From a virus (Duplodnaviria; Caudoviricetes), in the IMG/VR virus record IMGVR_UViG_3300025410_000009: a DNA stretch of 64,000 nt; one strand, 5' to 3'. The notes beneath the pieces are model-generated. The model made no database searches. It was not told the DNA's origin and saw only the letters and a list, made by a program, of their open reading frames with translations. Both the position numbers and the translations under genes were made by a program. This document shows, one piece after another, positions 47,651 to 57,336 of the stretch (its first letter is position 1; each line of letters opens with the position of its first letter).

Positions 47651-47656
47651 TAAATA
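47651..47656 (+). promoter_or_regulatory. Late promoter core TAAATA heading the glycosyltransferase operon
   Basis: TTAAATAC directly after the fibre gene stop; followed by the TACTGC-TATA-GCAGTA inverted repeat. Confidence 0.6.
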
Positions 47657-47680
47657 CTGCTATAGCAGTAATCGACTACC

Positions 47681-48001
47681 ATGAATCCTCAAGAACTCAA
47701 ATCTCTCGCAGATTTTCAATTTGAACGTGCAACATATCTTAAGAATCTCAAAGATTCAATTGATGCTAGACTGACTCTAGTACATCAAGGTGGCATGTTT
47801 CAGGTCACACCCGAATTCATTGCATTTTTATCTGCGTTTGCAGATGAAACCATGATTGTGGCCGACATCTACAACAACCCAGTAGAAGTCACACGCGAAA
47901 CATTACTGGCAACTGCGCTAGATGTTTATCGCACAGTCACCGCCGAGTGGTACGCAGAATTTAACAAAGCATCACGTATACGACGAGCCAGTAATGTCTA
48001 A
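47681..48001 (+). CDS. Hypothetical protein
   Basis: 106 aa; overlaps the next start; first gene of the GT operon. Confidence 0.75.
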   Translation: MNPQELKSLADFQFERATYLKNLKDSIDARLTLVHQGGMFQVTPEFIAFLSAFADETMIVADIYNNPVEVTRETLLATALDVYRTVTAEWYAEFNKASRIRRASNV

Positions 48002-48827
48002 AGGCGTACTTATTTTTGCCTACAATTCTAAGTTAGACTACACCAGTATTGCATGCCTTGCAGCCCAGCTGGTGCGTAAGCATTTAGATTTGCCAGTCAC
48101 CTTGGTAACTGATTCAGATCTTGACCGTGACTACTCGATGTTTGAGCAGGTGATTGTACAGCCCAAAACAGGCACCAGTTATGAACGAGTATTTGAGTTT
48201 CCGGGTGGTAGCCAAGTGGTGCCGTGGCACAACCAAAATCGCAGTAATGCATACGATCTAAGCCCCTATGATCAAACATTATTAATTGATGCAGACTATT
48301 TGATTTTTAACAGCAGTCTGAAATCGTTGTTTGATACCAATTTGGAATTTGCTTGTCATGATAAAGTCAGTGAATTAACTCAGCAAGGCACGGGTTTAAC
48401 CAATGCCAGGGTTGGTATTCCGGGCATTCCCATGCAGTGGGCCACAGTGGTTTATTTTACTCGAAATAAACTGGCTGAAAGTATTTTTGGCTTTATGCAA
48501 ACAATCAAACAAAACTATTTGTACTATGCTGGTGCATACAATTTCAGTACCGCACTATTCAGAAACGATTACACCTTGAGCATTGCCCTGCAGGCACTAA
48601 CTGGTTATAACAACAGGAATTGGACTCCAATACCCGGCCAGCTATTGACCGCAAACACTCTAGTGGAAATACACCAAGCTAGGCCCAACGGCGAAATAGT
48701 GTTCACCTGGTGGCACCATGATCGACAGCAAGTGACTAAAATACGCAACACCAATGTACATGTCATGAACAAAGAGACCATAACCAATCCTGATGTTATA
48801 TCGCAACTATTGGAGTTGGCTGTATGA
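47994..48827 (+). CDS. GT-A fold glycosyltransferase (GT8-like), copy 1
   Basis: Start revised to MSKGVLIFAYN; SPYDQTLLIDADYLI with DxD motif. Confidence 0.7.
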   Translation: MSKGVLIFAYNSKLDYTSIACLAAQLVRKHLDLPVTLVTDSDLDRDYSMFEQVIVQPKTGTSYERVFEFPGGSQVVPWHNQNRSNAYDLSPYDQTLLIDADYLIFNSSLKSLFDTNLEFACHDKVSELTQQGTGLTNARVGIPGIPMQWATVVYFTRNKLAESIFGFMQTIKQNYLYYAGAYNFSTALFRNDYTLSIALQALTGYNNRNWTPIPGQLLTANTLVEIHQARPNGEIVFTWWHHDRQQVTKIRNTNVHVMNKETITNPDVISQLLELAV

Positions 48828-49663
48828 CACGTGGCTATCTTACCTTTGCACAAAACAGTGGCGATTGCGATTATCTTACTATGGCCTATGCTCAAGCCTT
48901 GAGTATCAAAACCACATGCAAGATCAATCAATATGCAGTGGTAGTAGATGCCTATACCGAATCCTTGATCACTGATCGTCATCGTGCAGTATTTGATCAT
49001 GTAATACCAATTCCGGGCACGGACGAAGCAGCCGGAGATACGTGGAAACTACGCAACGAGTGGAAAGCTCTTGCAGCAACACCGTTTGATGAAACTGTCA
49101 AACTGGAAGCCGACATGCTGATCACCACCAATATTGACTCGTGGTGGGACATAATGGCACAGCGCGATGTTTGTTTTACCACCACAGTATTGGACTATAC
49201 CGGGCAGGTGTCCCATGACAGATCCTATAGAAAAGTATTTGATGACAACAATCTCGTGAATGTCTACACCGGATTCTTTTATTTTAATCGCAGCGACACT
49301 GCCCGCGAGCTGTTTGAGCATGCACGCCTGGTGTATGCCAATTGGCCCTTGTTTAGGGATCAAGTGTTGACCAACTGTAGAGAAAGTGAACCCAATACTG
49401 ATTTGGTTTTCGCGATCGCAGCTCAGCTGATTGGGCCAGAACGTTGCTACGATCCTGCTGTGGCAGTACCGCGGTTCGCACACATGAAAGGTGCCATCAA
49501 CGGGTGGGACATGAATGCCAATTGGATGGATTACGTATTGTACCAATTTGACAACACTGATCTTACAGTGGGATTTACACGACAACAAGCGCCGTTTCAT
49601 TACTACCAAAAAAACTTTATCACACCTGAGATATTAAAAAATTATGAATCGTCCCTCGTTTAA
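48824..49663 (+). CDS. GT-A fold glycosyltransferase (GT8-like), copy 2
   Basis: Paralogous to the previous gene (RGYLTFAQN, TPFDETVKLEADMLI); ExD in place of DxD; ATGA coupling. Confidence 0.65.
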   Translation: MTRGYLTFAQNSGDCDYLTMAYAQALSIKTTCKINQYAVVVDAYTESLITDRHRAVFDHVIPIPGTDEAAGDTWKLRNEWKALAATPFDETVKLEADMLITTNIDSWWDIMAQRDVCFTTTVLDYTGQVSHDRSYRKVFDDNNLVNVYTGFFYFNRSDTARELFEHARLVYANWPLFRDQVLTNCRESEPNTDLVFAIAAQLIGPERCYDPAVAVPRFAHMKGAINGWDMNANWMDYVLYQFDNTDLTVGFTRQQAPFHYYQKNFITPEILKNYESSLV

Positions 49664-49982
49664 ACGACAGTCGGTGGTCCACGAATATCGTGTGTACTAT
49701 GATCCCGTCAGCAAGGTGTGCACTGAGAAATCAGTGACCGAATTGCCCGATAACTCCAACTATGTCATAATTGATAAAACACTATATGACAGCATTGAAT
49801 TTTGCAGCAAGTATCGAGTAATTGACGGCCGAGTAGAAAAAGCCGTTACCTATCCATCCAACATACGTTTAACCAAACAAGACACAGGACAGTTCCGTAC
49901 AATAAAAAACAACATGATATTTGTGGTCGGTGACGCATACACCGATCCTGTAGACCGTTGGGAGTATACTACAAATGACTAA
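49644..49982 (+). CDS. Hypothetical protein
   Basis: 112 aa; overlaps both neighbours within the operon. Confidence 0.7.
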   Translation: MNRPSFKRQSVVHEYRVYYDPVSKVCTEKSVTELPDNSNYVIIDKTLYDSIEFCSKYRVIDGRVEKAVTYPSNIRLTKQDTGQFRTIKNNMIFVVGDAYTDPVDRWEYTTND

Positions 49983-50868
49983 GTTAGCTATAGAAGAATT
50001 AGATTGCGTTTACCTAAGTTACGACGAACCACAAAAAGAAGAATTTTGGGTTAGAATCAAAAACATGGTGCCATGGGCTGTGCGTGTTGATGGAGTCAAA
50101 GGTAGCGATGCGGCTCATAAAGCCGCAGCAGCAGCCAGCCAAACTGAACGATTTGTGCTAATAGATGGTGACAATATCCCCGATCCGGAATTTTTCAATC
50201 AATCGTTAACACTCACAGACAGCAATGAAGATCATGTGTTCCGCTGGCGTGCTAGAAACCATATCAACGGGCTAGTATACGGCAACGGTGGTATCAGCTG
50301 CTGGACTCGCGAGTTTGTTAACAGCATGCGTACTCATGAAGCCACTGATGGTAGAAGCCAAACACAAATAGAGTTTTGTTTTGATCCTAAGTATACAGCA
50401 TTGCACAATTGTTACAGCACAACCTATCCCAACGGCACAGCGTTTCAAGCATGGAGAGCCGGGTTCCGCGAAGGTGTAAAAATGTGTACCGACCAAGGTG
50501 CCCGTGTTTCTCTAACCGAGTTTGAAAATCGTTTGTGGCACGGTAATCTTAAAAACTTGTATGTATGGCACAATGTGGGAGCCGATGTTGACCATGGTCC
50601 GGATGCCATTGCTGGTGCTAGATTGGGTACATATTTGACCATGTGCACTGACTGGGATTATAGGCAAGTGCAATCGTTTGATACCTTGCAGGCATTATAC
50701 GACCAAGTCAACCAATATGACATGAACGAGGTATCCACCATACTCAAGAAAAAGCTATCCTTACCGATAGCCAATATGGATGCTGATACCAGCAAATTCT
50801 TTAAATCATATACACTTACACAGCACAAGAACGCAGACATAATGACACCGGCATTTTACGACGTCTAA
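49975..50868 (+). CDS. Glycosyltransferase-like protein (GT-A, DGD motif), copy 1
   Basis: LDCVYLSYDEP, RVDGVKG, FVLIDGDN, YGNGG, AWRAGFREGVK. Confidence 0.6.
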   Translation: MTKLAIEELDCVYLSYDEPQKEEFWVRIKNMVPWAVRVDGVKGSDAAHKAAAAASQTERFVLIDGDNIPDPEFFNQSLTLTDSNEDHVFRWRARNHINGLVYGNGGISCWTREFVNSMRTHEATDGRSQTQIEFCFDPKYTALHNCYSTTYPNGTAFQAWRAGFREGVKMCTDQGARVSLTEFENRLWHGNLKNLYVWHNVGADVDHGPDAIAGARLGTYLTMCTDWDYRQVQSFDTLQALYDQVNQYDMNEVSTILKKKLSLPIANMDADTSKFFKSYTLTQHKNADIMTPAFYDV

Positions 50869-50885
50869 GGTGTAAAAATCAGCAA

Positions 50886-51440
50886 TTACTTGGTGCCGAT
50901 TAGCATGAATCTTGTGAAAGACCAGTCGGGATATACAAAGTCCTTGGCGCCAACAAAATCCACTGTAGATAAATTGTAATCAGCTGCAAACTCTGCGGCT
51001 GTGTTGTAACTGACACAGTGATCCTCGTGCGGCATGTTGTTTGATTGCAGGACCACTCGAGTGCCTGAGGGAATACTGTCAAACCAAGCACGTGAATCAA
51101 AGTGTTCGGTACTGGTATTGATCACTATATCCACACCGTCGGGAAATATCATGGTGTTACAATCTCCAGTGAACGCTTTGAATTTCCACTGTTGCCAAAC
51201 CCATAAATTGTTAATGTCGTCAGCTATGGCCTGGCATTCGGGATCTTGATCGATACTGCGTATGCTGTTTACTTTGAAATTCCCGCGACTCAACAACAAG
51301 AATGCAGTTAATCCATACCAGCCGCCGCAGATGTAGGTTTGATTGGACGCCCATCCCAGGCGTTCTAGCTCTTCGCACAACCAAATCTTACTACCAATTT
51401 GGCCACTGCTAAACGCATCACTGTTTAAATTGCTGATCAT
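50886..51440 (-). CDS. Class I SAM-dependent methyltransferase-like protein
   Basis: ICGGWYG (motif I-like), IRSIDQDP, VINTSTEH, VVLQSNN. Confidence 0.65.
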   Translation of the reverse strand: MISNLNSDAFSSGQIGSKIWLCEELERLGWASNQTYICGGWYGLTAFLLLSRGNFKVNSIRSIDQDPECQAIADDINNLWVWQQWKFKAFTGDCNTMIFPDGVDIVINTSTEHFDSRAWFDSIPSGTRVVLQSNNMPHEDHCVSYNTAAEFAADYNLSTVDFVGAKDFVYPDWSFTRFMLIGTK

Positions 51441-52320
51441 AAATTTCCTTTAACCACGCACGATCGTTGATTAATTTTAATTTTTCGGGATCATCGCGAT
51501 GAGTGCGACCATACTCTTCGCCCAGTTTGGCTCCAGCAATGGCATCAGCGCCGTAAGGTTGTTCTTGCCCAAAAGTCTGCCAGGATCTCAATCTAAATGC
51601 ATTGTCGCTGCCGATTGAATTTTCAATTATGGCTGCTGCCAACTTGGCACACTCCCTAAAGGCACTGCGCCAAGTGCTGAACGAATCAGTATTGAATGCT
51701 GTGATGTTACTGACTTGATCAATAGGTATCAATCCCGATGCCACCGACGAAGTGATATCTACATTGTTGGTATCGCTGTACATGACTTGTTGCTTGGGTA
51801 ATACCTTAACACCGCCATATCCGTATGACAATCGATTAATGGGATTGATTGACCGGTAAACATACGCCGAGTTCCTGTTGAATATGTCTGGTGAAAAAGT
51901 GAAATCAAATTCATCCACTAGGTATGCATCGCCATCGACTACAAAAAACATGTCGGTCTCGGCCAACTCGGCTGCAGCTCGATGTGCATTTAAAATACCA
52001 GCAACACCATCAACTCGTTTGGCATTGGGTGCTTTTTGTAAAACTCTTTGCCAATTTTCCTCGGCATTGGATTCGTGATAACTGATAAACACCACATCCA
52101 ACACTCGAGCACATCGTGGGGCGACCGAGCCCATGTCTTTGGTTCCTGCACATGGGCCCTGAGACGGCACATGCCATACCCAAATTCGATCGGGCGAGCT
52201 GGTAAATGCCGGATCTAGGTACCAAACATGATCATACTTGGCATCCCATTCAGGCACAACATAATTGGGAATGTCAAATAATCTTGGCAAACTGTCATTG
52301 AGTTCAAATGTTATTATCAT
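51418..52320 (-). CDS. Glycosyltransferase-like protein (GT-A, DGD motif), copy 2
   Basis: Paralog of the 49975 gene (LDVVFISYHE, RVDGVAG, FVVDGDA, YGYGGVK, WRSAFRE); start revised to 52320. Confidence 0.62.
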   Translation of the reverse strand: MIITFELNDSLPRLFDIPNYVVPEWDAKYDHVWYLDPAFTSSPDRIWVWHVPSQGPCAGTKDMGSVAPRCARVLDVVFISYHESNAEENWQRVLQKAPNAKRVDGVAGILNAHRAAAELAETDMFFVVDGDAYLVDEFDFTFSPDIFNRNSAYVYRSINPINRLSYGYGGVKVLPKQQVMYSDTNNVDITSSVASGLIPIDQVSNITAFNTDSFSTWRSAFRECAKLAAAIIENSIGSDNAFRLRSWQTFGQEQPYGADAIAGAKLGEEYGRTHRDDPEKLKLINDRAWLKEIYDQQFKQ

Positions 52321-53281
52321 TGATGCGACTCGACCAAAATGGGCTGGTTTTAAACCAGTTGTGGTATCTGCGGAAACCTTCTGCAACATCAACCTGGGGA
52401 TTGAAATCAAAGTCCCTACGGGCAGCATCAATGTTTAATGCACCACGGCTAGGGAAATCTAGATCGCGATTGCCGACTTCAATTGATCCTGAACCGGCAA
52501 TGGACACAGCCAGTTCGGCAGCCTGTAATAGGGTAGTACTGTTGCTCTTGGTAATGTTATAAATTTTGTTTCGTGCTTGATCATTCGTGGAAGCAGCAGC
52601 AATACCGTGAGCTGCATCTTCAACATAGGTAAAGTCTAATTTTTCGTACGCACCATTGACCTTGAGCACTTGTCCGCGCATGGCTGCTAGCATGAATTTA
52701 CTGATCACACGATCTTCAACATCAAGCTCGCCATATACTGCACTGGGGCGAACAATCACATGATCAAAACATCTACGACGAGTGTAGTCTTGTACCAGGC
52801 GTTCGCCCATGAGTTTCATGATACCGTACTGTCCTTGTGGGCGGCATTCAAAATCTTCACCAACATCGCTAACAAAATCTCCATACACCATACTGCTACT
52901 GACGTAGATGAATTTTTGTATTGCGTATTTTTTGCTGACTTCCAGCAGGTTAATCAAGCCAGTGCACATGACTTCACTAGCTTCAGCTGGATTAACATTG
53001 ACCACTTTTTGTCTAGGAAAGCTGGCCAAATGTATCACTATGTTGGGCTTGAATTTGGCAAAAGTATCGTCTAAACGCCCGGCATCTCTGATGTCGTAAG
53101 TGACCAAGGTGCCAGTAAAGGTTTTAAGACGTTCGTCAACCAAGTAGCGCAACTCGTCAGAATTGACAAAACCGTAATCGGTCAAGCTGTCTACTACACA
53201 GCAATCGTGTCCTTGTTCGGTTAGAATACGTGTGACATGGTGCCCGATAAAACCTGCACCACCAGTTAAAAGAATTTTCAT
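52304..53281 (-). CDS. NAD-dependent NDP-sugar epimerase/dehydratase (extended SDR)
   Basis: ILLTGGAGFIG, HLAS, YVSSSMVYG, YGIMK (YxxxK), RPSAVYG, LDFTYVEDAA. Confidence 0.93.
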   Translation of the reverse strand: MKILLTGGAGFIGHHVTRILTEQGHDCCVVDSLTDYGFVNSDELRYLVDERLKTFTGTLVTYDIRDAGRLDDTFAKFKPNIVIHLASFPRQKVVNVNPAEASEVMCTGLINLLEVSKKYAIQKFIYVSSSMVYGDFVSDVGEDFECRPQGQYGIMKLMGERLVQDYTRRRCFDHVIVRPSAVYGELDVEDRVISKFMLAAMRGQVLKVNGAYEKLDFTYVEDAAHGIAAASTNDQARNKIYNITKSNSTTLLQAAELAVSIAGSGSIEVGNRDLDFPSRGALNIDAARRDFDFNPQVDVAEGFRRYHNWFKTSPFWSSRINDNNI

Positions 53282-54180
53282 ACAGCCATCCTTGCATCAA
53301 TTTTAGACCAGCTGGTGTAGCCGTCTAGGCGTATATCCGCCATGGTAAATTTAGTAATATCTCGAATTTCGGGGTTAAGCCAAAGTCGTGGGGCAGGTAA
53401 GGGTTCACGCCTTAATTGCTCTTTTACCTGCTCTATGTGATTCAAATATATATGGGCGTCGCCGAGTACGTGAACGAACTCGCCTACATCAAGATCGCAC
53501 ACTTGAGCGATCATGGCCGTTAGCAAACTGTAGCTGGCTATGTTAAAGGGTACACCCAAAAACATATCGCAGGACCTTTGATACATTTGACACGACAACC
53601 GATTACCGGCCACATAAAACTGAGCAAGAACATGACACGGTGGGAGAGCCATCTGATCTAACTCTCCAGGATTCCATGCTGATAAGATATGTCTTCGTCC
53701 GTATGGGTCCTGCTTAATGCCCTCAATCAGGGCCAACAACTGATCAACTTCTTTGTAAAAAGGATCAAACCAAGTCTTGCCGTAATCGTCGTCGATGTCA
53801 GCAGGTGCATTGGGCACATGTGTACGCCAGTGGCGCCATTGCACTCCATAAATCCTGCCTAAATCGCCTGAGTATTTAGCCTTACTGGCCCAATATGGCG
53901 CTGTGGCATTGTCGGACCAAATGGTTGTCTTGCTAGACTCGGCGCTACCATGTAAGATCTCTCGCAGCCGCTTTTCGTCCCCGGACCCTTCAATGAACCA
54001 CAGCAATTCTGAAACAACACTACGCCAGGCCAGTTGCTTGGTGGTAACTGCTGGGAAGCCTTGTTGCAAATCATATCTCTGTTGCCGACCAAACACACTG
54101 ATGGTACCAGTCCCGGTCCGATCGTCGCGTTGTTGGCCGTTGTCTAATACATCTTGCAACAATTCTAAATATTGTTTCAT
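53278..54180 (-). CDS. thyA: Thymidylate synthase
   Basis: DRTGTGT, MALPPCH, YQRSCDMFLGVPFNIASY, GDAHIYLNH; no intron. Confidence 0.97.
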   Translation of the reverse strand: MKQYLELLQDVLDNGQQRDDRTGTGTISVFGRQQRYDLQQGFPAVTTKQLAWRSVVSELLWFIEGSGDEKRLREILHGSAESSKTTIWSDNATAPYWASKAKYSGDLGRIYGVQWRHWRTHVPNAPADIDDDYGKTWFDPFYKEVDQLLALIEGIKQDPYGRRHILSAWNPGELDQMALPPCHVLAQFYVAGNRLSCQMYQRSCDMFLGVPFNIASYSLLTAMIAQVCDLDVGEFVHVLGDAHIYLNHIEQVKEQLRREPLPAPRLWLNPEIRDITKFTMADIRLDGYTSWSKIDARMAV

Positions 54181-54521
54181 AAGTCTTTTAAAAAGTTATC
54201 AGTTATCGGCTGTAACACTTTGGCCACATCATCAACACTGACATAAAAGTCAACATCTTGAATATACTGATCCAGTTGTTCAAGTTTGTCATTAAGGAAC
54301 TCTTGCACTTCAATCTCGGTATTGCCCGAGGACAACAATTCCTTGATGTCAATACTCACCTGAGTGCCGTCAATTAAATTGACTGTGAGTGATTCCAATA
54401 CACCGATTGGAACCTCAACTTTTTTGACACTCCTGATTATCTTTTCCCACTTGTCGCGGGAATTGACATTAAGCCGCCGGCGCTTTGGCTTTTTTGGTTT
54501 TGGCAGCTCTTGGTTTGACAT
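54177..54521 (-). CDS. Hypothetical protein
   Basis: 114 aa; ATGA-coupled to thyA. Confidence 0.7.
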   Translation of the reverse strand: MSNQELPKPKKPKRRRLNVNSRDKWEKIIRSVKKVEVPIGVLESLTVNLIDGTQVSIDIKELLSSGNTEIEVQEFLNDKLEQLDQYIQDVDFYVSVDDVAKVLQPITDNFLKDL

Positions 54522-55137
54522 TTGATGTAGGATCTAAAGTTGCTGCCTCTTTAATCAATCTTTCAGCCTCAAGAAGCAACTGTGCGGCATTGGCTTTCAT
54601 TGCTTCAGCTTGTGATAAACGGCTACGAGCCAAGTCGGCATCTGTTAATACATCACCGACGCTATCAACTTCAGCTGGAAGCGATCTACTTGCTGGGCTT
54701 ACACCCAATTCCTTGGGTTCAGCTTTTCTTTTCTTGTTGGTAAATCCGCTGTTCTTGTCAAGTTCAGCTAGACGTCGAATTGCTTCTTCGCCTTGAGCCA
54801 TTTCGTTAAGGATACTGTTTAATTCATCCAAACGAATTTTGCTTGCTGGAGTTGGAGTCACAATGACTTGATTGGTTGGGATCTTCTTCATGAGACGATC
54901 TTTATGCAATGCTTCTAGGCAATTGCGACCATCCGGCATCATGTTTCTGAACAAGGCATCGCTAAAGTTTTCGGCCTGTTGACCCACTGGGCTTTCTAGT
55001 ACTTTCATGACTGCATCGTGATACAGTCTTGGCAGTAGATCACTATATACCACCAGGCACATATGATCCTCGCCGGGAACTTCTCTAAATAAAATTACAA
55101 TTTTTTTATCGCCGTGTCGGCCTATGTGCTTTAACAT
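54469..55137 (-). CDS. Hypothetical protein
   Basis: 222 aa; SD AAGGA; helical C-terminus. Confidence 0.75.
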   Translation of the reverse strand: MLKHIGRHGDKKIVILFREVPGEDHMCLVVYSDLLPRLYHDAVMKVLESPVGQQAENFSDALFRNMMPDGRNCLEALHKDRLMKKIPTNQVIVTPTPASKIRLDELNSILNEMAQGEEAIRRLAELDKNSGFTNKKRKAEPKELGVSPASRSLPAEVDSVGDVLTDADLARSRLSQAEAMKANAAQLLLEAERLIKEAATLDPTSNVKPRAAKTKKAKAPAA

Positions 55138-55146
55138 ACGATGTCC

Positions 55147-55377
55147 TTATTCGGTTGTTGGTGTGCTGTCGGGTTTCTTTAGTGCACCGGTCGAATCCAA
55201 GAAAGCATACAAGCGATCGTACAAACCGCCGACGCCGCTTAATTCCTCGGCTCTAAATGCACCGCGCTGACTGCAAGTGCTGATGATTTGAATCACGTTG
55301 ACTAAATCTTGTAGATTTAGCGAAGGCTTCTGAGCTTCTTCGGGTGTTTCGGATTGAAGGTTAACATTATCGGTCAT
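55147..55377 (-). CDS. Hypothetical protein (76 aa)
   Basis: Start revised to MTDNV, after the GGAG SD; TAAATA at 55405-55410 upstream. Confidence 0.7.
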   Translation of the reverse strand: MTDNVNLQSETPEEAQKPSLNLQDLVNVIQIISTCSQRGAFRAEELSGVGGLYDRLYAFLDSTGALKKPDSTPTTE

Positions 55378-55439
55378 TGATATCTCCATATTAGACTCTA
55401 ACTATATTTACATATAGTTAAGCATGGAGATAATTTTTC

Positions 55440-55739
55440 TTACCAGACCGGACCGGTATCGCGGTTGATTTGATCCAACATGAGTGCAAAGTAGCTGGCC
55501 TCGCTGTGCCGCTCAAACGCCACACAGAACTGCATGTCAATGCCAGACCGATTATTAGATGACACATATACTGTGCCAAGATAAAATCTACCTTCTAGAT
55601 TGGTGTACACCCAATCAGAAATTTCCTTGGAATCAACACGTAGATCAAAATACACCCGCTCAAAATGAGGAGGACAATGTGCAACTGTCCTCAATCCAAA
55701 AACATTTAACGGGTTGACTTCACCGTGTGCCAGCATCAC
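55440..55739 (-). CDS. Hypothetical protein
   Basis: 99 aa; GTGA overlap with the upstream gene. Confidence 0.7.
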   Translation of the reverse strand: MMLAHGEVNPLNVFGLRTVAHCPPHFERVYFDLRVDSKEISDWVYTNLEGRFYLGTVYVSSNNRSGIDMQFCVAFERHSEASYFALMLDQINRDTGPVW

Positions 55740-55990
55740 TCAAAAATTCTAACTTTGAGATCTTGGTTCTCACCTGGCACTGGTATCACCAAACGATCCA
55801 CCAACTGCTCGTTTGCGGCAATACGGAAATTCTCTACCAGCTGATACTGTCCGCTAAATTGTGCAATTTCTATTGCACGTGCCAAGTCGTCAAGTGCCTG
55901 TTCTCGATTGAGCAACCGCTCTTGTAGCTCGGCAATGATTTTACGTGCCTCGGTAACTTTTCTTAGAGTGGATGGGTCAATTAGGTCCAT
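55736..55990 (-). CDS. Hypothetical coiled-coil protein
   Basis: 84 aa; SD AGGA. Confidence 0.7.
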   Translation of the reverse strand: MDLIDPSTLRKVTEARKIIAELQERLLNREQALDDLARAIEIAQFSGQYQLVENFRIAANEQLVDRLVIPVPGENQDLKVRIFE

Positions 55991-56002
55991 GATGTTTCCT
56001 GT

Positions 56003-57268
56003 TTAGTTTGTTTTCTTGTTGTCGTAGTGAGCCCAAATACCAAACTCGGGTTCGGCACTGGGATTGTCTTTGATGATCCAAACTGTATCGCAGTAGTCCT
56101 GAACTTCTTCAGGACTCCAACCATAAAAGCAGTAGTCAGTGAACATGATCAACTTGTTGGGTTGCATGTCGTTTTCTTGTAGCCAACGCCATACACAATG
56201 TGGGTCAGTGCCACCACCGCCTCCGGGCACATACTCGGTGATGTCTTCGCCGGTGTCGCTGGTAAACAATTTGGGATTATACACTTCGGTATCCCAAGTC
56301 ATAATGTGTACACGATAGTCTTGGTAAGTGTCCATGATACCTTTGACTTCGCTAAGGAACAAGCGCAAGTCATCGTCAGAGATACTGCCTGATGTGTCAA
56401 TAGCCACACATACGTCAATGGTGTTCTCGGGCTTCATGCCGGGCATGACAGCGTCCATGTGCCAACCGCGACGGCTGGGGCGAGCCCAAGTGTAATCACT
56501 TTTGATGGTGCTTTGAATTTGTTGTTGCAACAGTTCACGCCAGTTCACTACAGGAGCAGTCAAGTCCTTGATCATGCGCTGAACATTGCCGGGCACATTG
56601 CCGGCACCTGCGGCATTGGCTGCTGCCAGTACAGCTTCTTTGACTTCATCACGAATGGCCTTGCGTTCTTCTTTGGTGAGTTTGGGCCGACCATTGCCTT
56701 TGTCGTTGCCGTCACCATCGCCGTCGCCTTCGTCATCATCACCAAGGTGATCGTCCAACACCTGTTGTGCCAATTTCTTGATGTCAATCTTGTCGGCATT
56801 CTTGTAAAGATCGTCGTAGACTTCTTCGGCACTCCAGCCATTGTATTTGGTGTTATGCAAAATACCAACCTTGGTGATCTTGTCACCAATGCGTTGAGAG
56901 ATTAGGTCACTGTTGACACAATAGTCATCGGCAATGTTCCACAATTGTGGATCGCGATCACCCCGGCGTCCCATGTGATCATATACCACATGCAACACTT
57001 CGTGACCAAACAAGAATTCAGTTTCTTTAACACTTAGGCTGGCAATGAACTCGCTGTTGTAATAGAAGTGACGCCCTTCAGTGGCTGCGGTGGGACACCA
57101 TGCATCAGCATTGGTAATGATAAGACGAGTAGCCAAGTTACCAAAAAACGGAGCACGTAACAGCAATCCAATACGTGCCGTAATCAGTTTTTCACGACTG
57201 GCAGCATCAGTTTTGGGATTGGTTACAGTGACTACTTTTGTCTTTTCGGATAAGGTGGTATCGCTCAT
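56003..57268 (-). CDS. Metallopeptidase-like + vWA domain protein (DUF2201-type)
   Basis: HEVLH zincin motif, acidic linker, MIDAS VAIDTSGSI, GGGGTD, MFTD. Confidence 0.88.
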   Translation of the reverse strand: MSDTTLSEKTKVVTVTNPKTDAASREKLITARIGLLLRAPFFGNLATRLIITNADAWCPTAATEGRHFYYNSEFIASLSVKETEFLFGHEVLHVVYDHMGRRGDRDPQLWNIADDYCVNSDLISQRIGDKITKVGILHNTKYNGWSAEEVYDDLYKNADKIDIKKLAQQVLDDHLGDDDEGDGDGDGNDKGNGRPKLTKEERKAIRDEVKEAVLAAANAAGAGNVPGNVQRMIKDLTAPVVNWRELLQQQIQSTIKSDYTWARPSRRGWHMDAVMPGMKPENTIDVCVAIDTSGSISDDDLRLFLSEVKGIMDTYQDYRVHIMTWDTEVYNPKLFTSDTGEDITEYVPGGGGGTDPHCVWRWLQENDMQPNKLIMFTDYCFYGWSPEEVQDYCDTVWIIKDNPSAEPEFGIWAHYDNKKTN

Positions 57269-57289
57269 GTGTGTTCCTTGTTAGCCTTT

Positions 57290-57318
57290 ATTATAGCACA
57301 AAACAATAACCCGGTCAA
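57290..57318 (-). promoter_or_regulatory. sigma70 early promoter
   Basis: TTGACC-N17-TATAAT; the -35 lies inside the inverted repeat AATAACCCGG/CCGGGTTATT (57305-57331). Confidence 0.85.
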
Positions 57319-57336
57319 GTGCCGGGTTATTGCTGT

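Noticed and set aside
53278-54180. ThyA homolog as a dCMP/dUMP hydroxymethylase for DNA hypermodification, or as an intron host
   Set aside because: It retains canonical PCH and the dUMP-specifying Asn (PFNIASY), and the frame is uninterrupted.
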